Source of the DNA: a virus
Reading direction: 5' to 3' (one strand)
Length of the DNA: 64,000 bases
IMG/VR virus record: IMGVR_UViG_3300021961_008157
Shown here in pieces: positions 39,584 through 48,218 of this stretch. The position numbers and the translations under genes were made by a program. The first letter of the stretch is position 1, and each line of letters opens with the position of its first letter. A model generated the notes under the pieces. It saw only the letters and a list, made by a program, of their open reading frames with translations, did not search any database and was not told where the DNA came from.

Positions 39584-40417
39584 TTAGAATGTGTGCTGCA
39601 AACGAACACGGCTAGTAGCAACATTGGATGCTGCACTAGAGTTTCCATCTACTGTACGATATGCAAAAGCAACACTTGTACGCTTGCTGAGTGCATAGGA
39701 AGCACCAACTTCTTTAGCAGTACCATTGCCATCACTGTAAGCAGCGCCAACAGTTAGAGGACCAACGGGCAGGCTAACGCCAACAGCGTAGCTGTCAGAA
39801 ACGCCAGTTTCGCGACCACTATAACCAGCACCAACTGTTACGCCGGCAACTTTCATAGAAGCACTTGCGCGAACACGCTTGGATGTTTCGTTGTAGTCAA
39901 CACCTGCATCCAATGGGCCAACGGCACCAGTGGCACTCACTGTGTATCCACGAGCAGTAGTAGCATCAACAGCGCGGCTACCACTTACGCCAACCTTAAA
40001 ACCACCGATAGCGGGAGAAGTGTAACCAATGGTATCAATGTTACTAGCAGCAGCTAATACGGAACCGTCGGCACCAATTACTGGAGCGCCAGCATAACCA
40101 CGACCGATAATGCCGTTACCAGCTTCAACTTGGCCGACTGTAACGGAACCGAAGCCACCACCGATAGTGACAGAAGCGTCAGTACCAGCCAATGTTTCAC
40201 CACGGCCATTGCCATTCCAGCCCATTTGTGCAGACACAGACATGCCAGCACCTAGATCTTCAGTAGCTTTAACTACGATCTCAGACTTGGTGATGCCCGA
40301 AGTTGCAACTGCGCCTTCGGCTTTGGTTAAGTCGTAACGCATAGTACCGGAAACGGTTTGTGCTTGAGCAGCACCAAAAGATGCCGCCAAAGCGGCAATT
40401 AAAACGAGTTTTTTCAT
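39584..40417 (-). CDS. Gram-negative general porin (betaproteobacterial type)
   Basis: Signal peptide MKKLVLIAALAASFGAAQAQ, EDLG, GGFGSVTVG, YALSKRT, C-terminal QHTF. Confidence 0.88.
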   Translation of the reverse strand: MKKLVLIAALAASFGAAQAQTVSGTMRYDLTKAEGAVATSGITKSEIVVKATEDLGAGMSVSAQMGWNGNGRGETLAGTDASVTIGGGFGSVTVGQVEAGNGIIGRGYAGAPVIGADGSVLAAASNIDTIGYTSPAIGGFKVGVSGSRAVDATTARGYTVSATGAVGPLDAGVDYNETSKRVRASASMKVAGVTVGAGYSGRETGVSDSYAVGVSLPVGPLTVGAAYSDGNGTAKEVGASYALSKRTSVAFAYRTVDGNSSAASNVATSRVRLQHTF

Positions 40418-40533
40418 TGATTTGTTTTCCTTATGAACAAGCAGAATTTCTGCTTCAGTTTTACTTATCAGTGTTTATACTATAACAAACAAAAGCACAC
40501 AAAAACTGGCGTTTTTGCGCAAAATGGCAAAAT

Positions 40534-43002
40534 TTATGCACGAATATGTTGCAAAATAGTGTTTACCAGTAGCTGTCGCCCCACTGGTTTAATTAACACA
40601 TCATCCATACCACTTGCAAGTGCTTCTTTACGCATAAATTCAGACCCATTGCCAGTTACTGCCACAATAGGCAACCGATTCAGCTGATCCACTGATTTAG
40701 CACGGATCAGGCGTGTGGTCTCCAAACCATCTACCATGGGCATTTGAATATCCATCAACACTATATCAATGCTACCGTGAAGTGTATCTAACTGTTTAAG
40801 TGCATCATAACCATTAGATGACTGGAACACTTCTGCCCCCGCGTCTTCTAGCATTGTAACAAGTGCAATACGATTGGTTGTCATATCGTCCACAACCATA
40901 ATGCTTAATCCGTCTAAGGGCTTTTCGTCCTTAAACGTGTCACTGTCAAATTCTTTTTCAAACGGTACAACAATAGTAAAACTAAATGTAGACCCTACAC
41001 CCAGTTCGCTTGTTACAACAATTTCACTGTTCATTGCTTGCACCAAGCGGCGTGAAATTGCAAGGCCCAAGCCAGTGCCCCCATATTTTCTTGTGTGTCC
41101 CGAATCCGCTTGAGTAAATGGCGTAAACAGCTTTTTCAGCATTTGTTCGCCCATACCAATTCCAGTGTCAACAACTGTAAATTTAATTGTGGCCTTTGAT
41201 CGATTGTCTGAGGGTTGCAATTCAATGGAAACAGTAACCCTACCAGTTTCAGTAAACTTTACAGCATTGTTTGTTAAGTTAACCAATACTTGTAGCAATC
41301 GCGAATCATCAACTATTATGTTTCTATCCACCAATGCTGGATCTAAATTCATTAATACAATTACATTTTCGTTTGTTTGACTGTTGCTTATAATAGCATT
41401 TAGATTGTCAACTAGTGAAGGCAAACTGGTTACAACTGGATCAAGATCCAGTTGTCTTGCTTCCATTTTGCTGTAATCTAAAATGTCATTAACAATACGC
41501 AATAGTAGTTGACCTGAATCTTTAGCAACTTCCACACAATATTTGGCTTTATCATTTAAGTCATATCGCGATAGCACTTCTAACATGCCAAGCACACCGT
41601 TTAGTGGTGTTCGCACTTCATGGCTTACAACAGATAAAAATTCTTGCTTGGCTTGTGCACTTGCCTTTACTTCTTCAAGCAGTTGATGATCAGCAGTCAT
41701 GTCCAACAGTTGCACAAACAAGTGTGGGCTGTTGCTAATGCTAATACGGCTAAAAATCATACGCACATCCACATGATCTGCATGTGTCATTGGGCCCACA
41801 TATTCAAACACTTGATCTTCACCTGTAGTCATTACAGTTTTTGCAATGGCATCGCAACCAGTTTTTGTCCACCAGTTGGATGTAAACACATTTGTGTTTT
41901 CCAGTTGAGCCACGGTGGCGCCTGCTATTCTATAAAGCGCACGATTTGCCCAAACAAGATTGCCCCGCTGATCAAATATAGATTTACCATATACTGCACG
42001 ATCCATTATTTTTCTTAGGTCTTGCAGTTCTGTTTCTTGTCGCTGTTTAACCAGCCTCGACAGTTGAAACAACACAAAAAATCCTGTTACAACACCAAAC
42101 AGGCAGGCAAATATAATCAATGATTCAGTGCGAGCAGGCCAATTAATTGGCATTGGTTTGCTGCGAAACATTTTAACTTCCAACACCAAATAGTCCGGCG
42201 CGGCAGATGAGTTGCCGCCAGTGGAAATCAAGTCCGAAAACGCAAACCGGCCATCAACTGCCCTTGGAATCAGCGTCCAACGATTTATTATAGGAAAAGC
42301 AGTTTCTTGATTTACTAACTTGTCAGCATACACTTGCTGTAATTCGCCGGGACTTGATCCTAACAAAATTACTGGATGTATGTCATTTTCATTATCAGCA
42401 TATGTTTCAAGTGCTGGCAAGTCAGCTATCGCGTTAGGCAGTTTAAGCAAAGATATACCGAGGCCAAGTAGTATACCGTTTTTGTCATAGCGGGGAGTAC
42501 GATAAATCAAACCGGTACCACCTTGAACCAACTTAAATGGACCTTCCCAAGCACCTTGACGAGTATTAATAATATTTCTTACTGCCGGGCGTTCTGCCAA
42601 TAAGTTAAGTCCCATTGCAGCTTCGTTGCCTTCTAGTGGAACTATTTGCGTAATAACAGTTCGATGATCTGCCCATTGTGCAACTGAATTGTGTCCTGAC
42701 AGCCCAACAAGACTGCCAGCACTAGACTGAAAGCTGCTGTTATTTGATAATACTTCAAGCGGTAAGTTGGATGTGCTGATTGCCAGACGCTTGGCTTGGT
42801 CCAGTCTATTTGATATAGCTCTAGCAATACGATCACTGGCCGCGTCAGCCTTAGCGTGCCACACTTGCTCTTGTTCTTTGATATAGTCTTTTTGCCAAAA
42901 CAATCCACCGAGCAAAAACACCGCCGCCCCAATAACACCCGCAACGATGGAGGCACGGTATATGTGTTGTTTAGCAGAGTCAGACAAGTTTCGCATTTTC
43001 AC
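40534..43002 (-). CDS. hybrid sensor histidine kinase (CHASE-PAS-HisKA-HATPase-REC)
   Basis: PLEGNEAAMGLNL/GPFKLVQGG CHASE motifs, SHEVRTPLNG, NAVKFT, GGTGLGL, VLMDIQMP. Confidence 0.92.
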   Translation of the reverse strand: MKMRNLSDSAKQHIYRASIVAGVIGAAVFLLGGLFWQKDYIKEQEQVWHAKADAASDRIARAISNRLDQAKRLAISTSNLPLEVLSNNSSFQSSAGSLVGLSGHNSVAQWADHRTVITQIVPLEGNEAAMGLNLLAERPAVRNIINTRQGAWEGPFKLVQGGTGLIYRTPRYDKNGILLGLGISLLKLPNAIADLPALETYADNENDIHPVILLGSSPGELQQVYADKLVNQETAFPIINRWTLIPRAVDGRFAFSDLISTGGNSSAAPDYLVLEVKMFRSKPMPINWPARTESLIIFACLFGVVTGFFVLFQLSRLVKQRQETELQDLRKIMDRAVYGKSIFDQRGNLVWANRALYRIAGATVAQLENTNVFTSNWWTKTGCDAIAKTVMTTGEDQVFEYVGPMTHADHVDVRMIFSRISISNSPHLFVQLLDMTADHQLLEEVKASAQAKQEFLSVVSHEVRTPLNGVLGMLEVLSRYDLNDKAKYCVEVAKDSGQLLLRIVNDILDYSKMEARQLDLDPVVTSLPSLVDNLNAIISNSQTNENVIVLMNLDPALVDRNIIVDDSRLLQVLVNLTNNAVKFTETGRVTVSIELQPSDNRSKATIKFTVVDTGIGMGEQMLKKLFTPFTQADSGHTRKYGGTGLGLAISRRLVQAMNSEIVVTSELGVGSTFSFTIVVPFEKEFDSDTFKDEKPLDGLSIMVVDDMTTNRIALVTMLEDAGAEVFQSSNGYDALKQLDTLHGSIDIVLMDIQMPMVDGLETTRLIRAKSVDQLNRLPIVAVTGNGSEFMRKEALASGMDDVLIKPVGRQLLVNTILQHIRA

Positions 43003-43343
43003 TACTGCGGAATTTGCGGTATACTAGACGTGTTCCCAGTTAAAATACTGCTTGTGTTGCTGAGTTCAAATATCCGTTTTCTAGTTTCTGAATCAAGACT
43101 ATTAACAACGGCCAGCATGTTGAACTTTAATTTGTTTAGATCTTTTTCTTGTGCAGACAGCCTGTCCTGCTGCTCTTTAATGTCATTTTGATAATCAACC
43201 AGTTTAGCATAGCGTTTTTCAAACCAAAAAGACAAGCCCACGCTTAATGCCATCAGCAGTAGTGTTACGGCCAACTGACGACTGGTCATTGACCGTATCA
43301 CCTTAATCACGCCAGCAGTTTTATCAATGTCGATTTCAGGCAC
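43002..43343 (-). CDS. single-TM coiled-coil protein
   Basis: TM helix residues ~24-41; stop overlaps the kinase start. Confidence 0.6.
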   Translation of the reverse strand: MPEIDIDKTAGVIKVIRSMTSRQLAVTLLLMALSVGLSFWFEKRYAKLVDYQNDIKEQQDRLSAQEKDLNKLKFNMLAVVNSLDSETRKRIFELSNTSSILTGNTSSIPQIPQ

Positions 43344-43345
43344 AA

Positions 43346-43591
43346 TTATCTCCTCAGTTGCTGCTGCTGTATGTCATCTACAATCATGCCCGTTAATGGA
43401 CCATTTGGTGTAGGTATAATACAGTATGTGCCAATGGGCTGAAACGGCACATATGCCCAACCCCAGGGAGTCATGCACACATTGCCCTCCCAATAACCAG
43501 TATATTGATTGTATCGTACTGCGCTAGCCACACTGATTGAAAAGACCGCTATTGCGGCACCAACAGCCAACCGTGCGATGGTTTTAAACAT
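43346..43591 (-). CDS. small secreted protein with two Cys (start re-assigned to MFKTIARL)
   Basis: Signal peptide ending ASA; TAAATA box 5 nt before this ATG. Confidence 0.65.
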   Translation of the reverse strand: MFKTIARLAVGAAIAVFSISVASAVRYNQYTGYWEGNVCMTPWGWAYVPFQPIGTYCIIPTPNGPLTGMIVDDIQQQQLRR

Positions 43592-43606
43592 ACTGATATT
43601 TATCAT

Positions 43607-43629
43607 AAAAAAGCCCGCCGAAGCGGGCT
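43607..43629 (-). terminator. intrinsic terminator
   Basis: AGCCCGC-TTCG-GCGGGCT-TTTTT. Confidence 0.85.
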
Positions 43630-43657
43630 GGTTGTTACAAAATTTAAATAGATTTTT

Positions 43658-44464
43658 TTATGATTTAATAAGTAGGTGCGGGTAAATATCAAGCAATTTC
43701 TTAACAAACTTTGTTGATGTTAATATGTCAAAATGATGCTTATCTCTTGCAAAATCAACTTGTTCTACTGGGTGTATAAATTCTAATAATTTATTATTTA
43801 AAGAATTAAAATCTGCGTGCCAAGACAGTCTTGGGTCTAGTTGGGGGAGTGTTTTATCAATAGTAAAAGCTAATGGTATAATAGATTCTATTGCTACTTT
43901 GGTTGTTAATTTATTTCTTGCTTGAGTAAATTTGTGTAAATCATTATTAAAATTAAATTGATTTAAAAATTTGGATTTGTCATCGTCATAATATTTAAAC
44001 CACATCCTTCTTTCATTGTCGGGCAAACTTTCATCTGGTGATTCGTCACGATGACAATACGACCACATTATAATTATACGGTCCGGATTAATTTCTTTAA
44101 CTACTTCATTTACTTTTCTTGCTATCCATTCATTGCTAGCACCATCCATACTTACATTAATACATCGACGTTTGCTTTCTTTTTGCAGAATATATGGCCA
44201 TGTGTGCTCAATCGGCGATCCTAAGCCAACAGTAAAACTGTCTCCAAAGCACCAAATTGACTCTTTTAACTCGTCAATTGAATCTGGCCATTCGGTGTCA
44301 CGAAATCCGCGTGAATTATATACATAGGATATTTTTTCGGAGTACAGATAATTTGAAAAAAAATCTTTGTCAAGGCAATGAGCTTCGGAGTCTGAACCGC
44401 TTGTGTAAGCCTTGGTGTTTGATAGGTAATCTAATTTTAAAAATGGTAGTATGGTATTGTTCAT
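43658..44464 (-). CDS. SGNH/GDSL hydrolase-like protein
   Basis: YNSRGFRD, CFGDSFTVG, DGASN, ARDKHH. Confidence 0.65.
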   Translation of the reverse strand: MNNTILPFLKLDYLSNTKAYTSGSDSEAHCLDKDFFSNYLYSEKISYVYNSRGFRDTEWPDSIDELKESIWCFGDSFTVGLGSPIEHTWPYILQKESKRRCINVSMDGASNEWIARKVNEVVKEINPDRIIIMWSYCHRDESPDESLPDNERRMWFKYYDDDKSKFLNQFNFNNDLHKFTQARNKLTTKVAIESIIPLAFTIDKTLPQLDPRLSWHADFNSLNNKLLEFIHPVEQVDFARDKHHFDILTSTKFVKKLLDIYPHLLIKS

Positions 44465-44469
44465 ACACG

Positions 44470-44492
44470 GTTATTTATAGTCTATAAATAAC
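44470..44492. promoter_or_regulatory. palindromic back-to-back T4-like late promoters
   Basis: GTTATTTATAG-T-CTATAAATAAC; TATAAATA on each strand 5-7 nt before divergent ATGs. Confidence 0.7.
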
Positions 44493-44495
44493 TTT

Positions 44496-45707
44496 ATGAA
44501 TGTTTTGATACTTACACCCGACAGAGTTGGTTCTACTTTACTGCAAAGAACGTTAACCGTTTACATGCTCAGAAGAGAATTTAATAAACCAGTGATTAAT
44601 TTGCACGAATTAACCAACGGTCTTAGAAAATATTATAATACCACGTTAAATCAAGAAGTTTTAGGAAAACCGGGAGACTTTTCTAAATGGGGTTATTATC
44701 AAACTCTTGATCAGATAACTGATTTGTTAAAAAGTGTTGATCATTATATTACTAGCAGGCTTGCACATTATCATATACTGAATAGAAAAGATACATTAAA
44801 CGACCAATTAAAATTTTATGAATATTTAAATGAAAATTTCTTTGTTATAAGTTGTAGAAGAGAAAATGTATTTGAACACGGGTTGAGTTGGATTATTCAA
44901 AGCGCAAGTAAAAAGTTGAATGTGTATTCTGCTATTGAAAAGGTTGATACATTTTATGATGTTTACAGCAATGGCATAACGGCACCTAAAATAGGATTTG
45001 TTAAATATCTTAATCAATATAAAGAATATGTAGAATGGGTTGATAGATATTTTAATGTTCAATCATACTTTCACTATGAACAATCAATCAACAACTTAGA
45101 GGAATACATTTTGAGTTTAGATTTTATGAAGCGAGAAAATAACAAATGGGAAAACATGTTTGATATTAGTTTTGATGATTGGAACAAGTGTCATAAAATT
45201 TTACCTGACTTAAAATTATACGAAAATGAAAACACTTATAACAAACAGTTAGAAATTCCAAGTAATTTACTATTTTCAAGAAAATCTAGCGAGAAATATC
45301 TTTTAGGAGTCAGTACACCTCAATTGTTAAAAAACAGTTCAAGCGAGCAAGAAGCCGATCAGAAGACTGGAAATAGCATTATTGAACATCAAACGGCCAG
45401 TGTGCCAGCATTTTTTCCAAACGAAGAAACATATAATTTTATTCAAAATAATATTGTTCCGTATATAAACACAGAAAATCAGTTGTCACAGTTGGTAAAA
45501 GACGGATTTTTAATAACAGGCATTCCAATAAAATTGCAAACATTTGCCGAGAAGAAAAAAATTATTAAAAACTACGATGAGTGTTTAATTTGGTTCAATG
45601 AATGGGCCGAAGAAACAAAATTCACAAAACCGTTTGTCGAAGACAATGATGTGTTAGCAAAAGAGTATACAAACTTTAATGTATCGAACACTCCATTATT
45701 AAAATAA
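44496..45707 (+). CDS. sulfotransferase-like P-loop protein
   Basis: TPDRVGSTLL, LHE, CRRENVFE..LS, YE motifs. Confidence 0.5.
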   Translation: MNVLILTPDRVGSTLLQRTLTVYMLRREFNKPVINLHELTNGLRKYYNTTLNQEVLGKPGDFSKWGYYQTLDQITDLLKSVDHYITSRLAHYHILNRKDTLNDQLKFYEYLNENFFVISCRRENVFEHGLSWIIQSASKKLNVYSAIEKVDTFYDVYSNGITAPKIGFVKYLNQYKEYVEWVDRYFNVQSYFHYEQSINNLEEYILSLDFMKRENNKWENMFDISFDDWNKCHKILPDLKLYENENTYNKQLEIPSNLLFSRKSSEKYLLGVSTPQLLKNSSSEQEADQKTGNSIIEHQTASVPAFFPNEETYNFIQNNIVPYINTENQLSQLVKDGFLITGIPIKLQTFAEKKKIIKNYDECLIWFNEWAEETKFTKPFVEDNDVLAKEYTNFNVSNTPLLK

Positions 45708-45710
45708 TTC

Positions 45711-45733
45711 AAAAGAAAACCCGCCGAAGCGGG
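45711..45733 (-). terminator. intrinsic terminator of tmRNA
   Basis: CCCGC-TTCG-GCGGG-TTTTCTTTT. Confidence 0.8.
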
Positions 45734-46110
45734 CATCTGGTTGTTTATTTTACAAGGTAAGTCCTACCCCGGGTCTGGCTCAAAGTGCCAGTACAGCGGC
45801 CTTGCTACGGCTGTAGAACTTGATGTTCTTGCCGCTAACAGTTACGCTACCATTTGTAGATGCGTTTGCATTTACTAGTTTTATGCGATTAACGTTCGTC
45901 ATCTAACGTGCTGTCCAGTTCAATACTCTTTACTCAATCGATCGCTATGTCAGGCCCATCATAAACACATTGGATTTTGGATTCGAACCTTGTCCTAGTG
46001 TTGTCCATCTGCACTTCCCACAGTACTGAACCCTATGTGTTTATGGTGGACCTGCCCGGTACCGCCCCGGGGTCTTGAATCCTTTTCTATCACCTTCATA
46101 CAGCAATAAC
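45712..46110 (-). ncRNA. ssrA: circularly permuted (two-piece) tmRNA
   Basis: Acceptor piece ending CCCGG-GGCGGTA-CCGGG-CAGGTCC-ACCA (46044); 86-nt hairpin-closed spacer; coding piece starting GGGCCTG (45957) with G3.U70; tag ORF 45780-45869. Confidence 0.9.
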
Positions 46111-46128
46111 TTACATTATATATTTATT
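46085..46128 (+). repeat. 44-bp direct repeat, copy 1 (tmRNA -10 and 5' end)
   Basis: Identical to 47142..47185. Confidence 0.95.
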
Positions 46129-46144
46129 TTAGCCAATGATAAGT

Positions 46145-47017
46145 TTATAGGTTATGCTTTTTCCATTCTGCACGAACCCTGGCTTTAGACTTTGCTGATA
46201 ATGGAACATAGTCCAAATCTTTTGCCATTGAGTCGCCATTTGTATAGCACCATTCAAAGAACTTGATTGCTTCTTTCGCAGAGCTATCTGGATAAACAAT
46301 GATGTAAGTTTCAGCAGTTAATTTGTAGTTGCCTTCTTTGAAATTATCAAAATTTGCTTCAACACCGTCTAACTTAGCAACAGTTAAACTATTGGATTTG
46401 GTGTAAGCATATTCAACGTATCCAATGGAACCAGGCAATCGCATAACCATTGCAGCAACACCGGCGTTGCCTTTACCTTGTGCAATGTTGTTACCTTCCC
46501 ATTTAACTGTCTTTCCTGGTTTAGTTGTAAAACCGTGTTTAGCCAGATAGTTTGTAAAAACAGAAGTAGTGCCAGAACTATCAGCACGGGATATCCGAGT
46601 AATTGCCAAGTCAGGCAACTTAGAATCAATTTGCTTCCAGTTTGTAACACGACCATCAAAAATATCAGCTATCTGTTTGCTTGTTAAATTTAACTCATTG
46701 GTCTTGACACCTGGAATGTTTACTACTGCAACAACACCACCCATGACCATTGGGAACTGGATCTGACCATTCTCATCCAACTCTGCTTGTTTAACTGCTT
46801 CGTCACTTGCACCAAACTGTACAATCTTTCCATTAATCTGTTTGATTCCGCCGCCAGAACCAATCGCCTGATAGTTGACTTGCACACCTGTTGCTTTGTT
46901 ATACTCTGCTGCCCATTTGCTATAAATCGGCGCAGGAAAGGTAGCTCCTGCACCAGTGACTGTAATTGCTTGAGCATTAATTGCAAATGCAGCAAGAAGC
47001 ATTAATAATTTTTTCAT
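46145..47017 (-). CDS. pstS: phosphate ABC transporter substrate-binding protein PstS
   Basis: GAGATFPAPIY, YQAIGSGGG, FGASD, RADSSGTT, IGYVEY. Confidence 0.95.
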   Translation of the reverse strand: MKKLLMLLAAFAINAQAITVTGAGATFPAPIYSKWAAEYNKATGVQVNYQAIGSGGGIKQINGKIVQFGASDEAVKQAELDENGQIQFPMVMGGVVAVVNIPGVKTNELNLTSKQIADIFDGRVTNWKQIDSKLPDLAITRISRADSSGTTSVFTNYLAKHGFTTKPGKTVKWEGNNIAQGKGNAGVAAMVMRLPGSIGYVEYAYTKSNSLTVAKLDGVEANFDNFKEGNYKLTAETYIIVYPDSSAKEAIKFFEWCYTNGDSMAKDLDYVPLSAKSKARVRAEWKKHNL

Positions 47018-47060
47018 TTGTAATTTCCTTTAATTTACATTTTTATTTAAACTAAGAAAG

Positions 47061-47098
47061 ATTACATTTTTGTTACAAATATTACAATCGTGTTACGA
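47061..47098 (-). promoter_or_regulatory. two tandem Pho-box-like elements upstream of pstS
   Basis: TCGTAAC-ACGA-TTGTAAT and TTGTAAC-AAAA-ATGTAAT, 11-bp periodic half sites. Confidence 0.6.
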
Positions 47099-47141
47099 AA
47101 CCAAAAATTTCTTAATTATTTTTTGGGGGATTTTAATATTG

Positions 47142-47185
47142 TTCTATCACCTTCATACAGCAATAACTTACATTATATATTTATT
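47142..47185 (+). repeat. 44-bp direct repeat, copy 2
   Basis: Identical to 46085..46128. Confidence 0.95.
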
Positions 47186-47200
47186 CATTATTTTTGTCAA
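47172..47200 (-). promoter_or_regulatory. sigma70 promoter upstream of pstS/tmRNA
   Basis: TTGACA-N17-TATAAT. Confidence 0.8.
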
Positions 47201-47264
47201 TCTCGTGAAAAATTTTTAAGTAAATTGGTGTAACTAAATATTTGTTAACTATCACAATCATTCA

Positions 47265-47513
47265 ATGAAACGTTTTTTTAATTTTAAGCATTTAACAAAT
47301 GCTCGAGTCTCGTACTTCAGGCATTTTAAATTTGCTATAAGTGAAGCATGGTTTTTGTTACTGATGTGTTTAGCTAGTGTTCTACATGCAATTTTTCCAT
47401 TTATCTTTGATTTTAAATTATTAGAATTAAGGGTTAATCGATTATTAGTGCTGCAAAAACTTTTACCTAAGCATGAAATTTGGAAAGATCTAAGAAATAA
47501 ATTAGATGAATGA
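47265..47513 (+). CDS. small membrane protein (DUF6356-like)
   Basis: HL......Y..H...A...LHAIFPF pattern. Confidence 0.55.
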   Translation: MKRFFNFKHLTNARVSYFRHFKFAISEAWFLLLMCLASVLHAIFPFIFDFKLLELRVNRLLVLQKLLPKHEIWKDLRNKLDE

Positions 47514-48216
47514 AATTTATAAAAAGTGGTTACACGAAGGGTGCTATGTTTCCAGTAGTGGAACCACTGGCACTCCAAAAAAAGTATTCCAACCTCCTAA
47601 GAAATTGGTGGCCATGTGTGACGTTGCAATCAAACGTCAAAACATAGTACCAACCAGCCGAGTTTTAACTGTTTGCAAAATGGGACATGCCGGTGGTGCG
47701 CTGGCACAAACATTACCAGCGGTAAGCATTGGAGCATATGTTAGTATACAACCATTTAATGCATTTACATTTTTAACTGAACTATTAGAAAATAATTACA
47801 CCCATACACACTTAACACCCGATCACTGCAAAGCTGTTATGCTAACAAAAGGATGGGAAAATGCAAACTTATCCGGTATATGGGTAACATGTGGCAGCGA
47901 TCCTGTAACTTGGGATATAATCGAATCGTTTGTTAATCGTGGCGCAACATTTATGGCTAATTGGGGCATGAGCGAAATTGGTCCAGTGGCCATTAATTTA
48001 ATATTTGATAGTGTAGAAAAAGTAAAACATATTAAATCTTTTTGTCCTGATGGCTGTACCATCATGGGCGATACATACTGTTGTGATTATAAAGTTGTCA
48101 ACGACGTGCTGCATGTCAATGGCGACATATCAGTTTACGATGATTGGTATAATACCAAAGACAAAGTTAAAGTTGTAAATGATATAATGTTTTACAACGG
48201 TAGGGCGTTAGACTAG
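47506..48216 (+). CDS. minimal AMP-binding (acyl-CoA synthetase-like) enzyme
   Basis: SSSGTTGTPK, WGMSEIG, W..TKD...GR; lacks N- and C-terminal subdomains. Confidence 0.75.
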   Translation: MNEIYKKWLHEGCYVSSSGTTGTPKKVFQPPKKLVAMCDVAIKRQNIVPTSRVLTVCKMGHAGGALAQTLPAVSIGAYVSIQPFNAFTFLTELLENNYTHTHLTPDHCKAVMLTKGWENANLSGIWVTCGSDPVTWDIIESFVNRGATFMANWGMSEIGPVAINLIFDSVEKVKHIKSFCPDGCTIMGDTYCCDYKVVNDVLHVNGDISVYDDWYNTKDKVKVVNDIMFYNGRALD

Positions 48217-48218
48217 GC

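Noticed and set aside
45958-46043. tRNA hidden in the tmRNA spacer (GGTTCGAATCC)
   Set aside because: Only 2 bp flank the T-loop-like motif and no cloverleaf forms.
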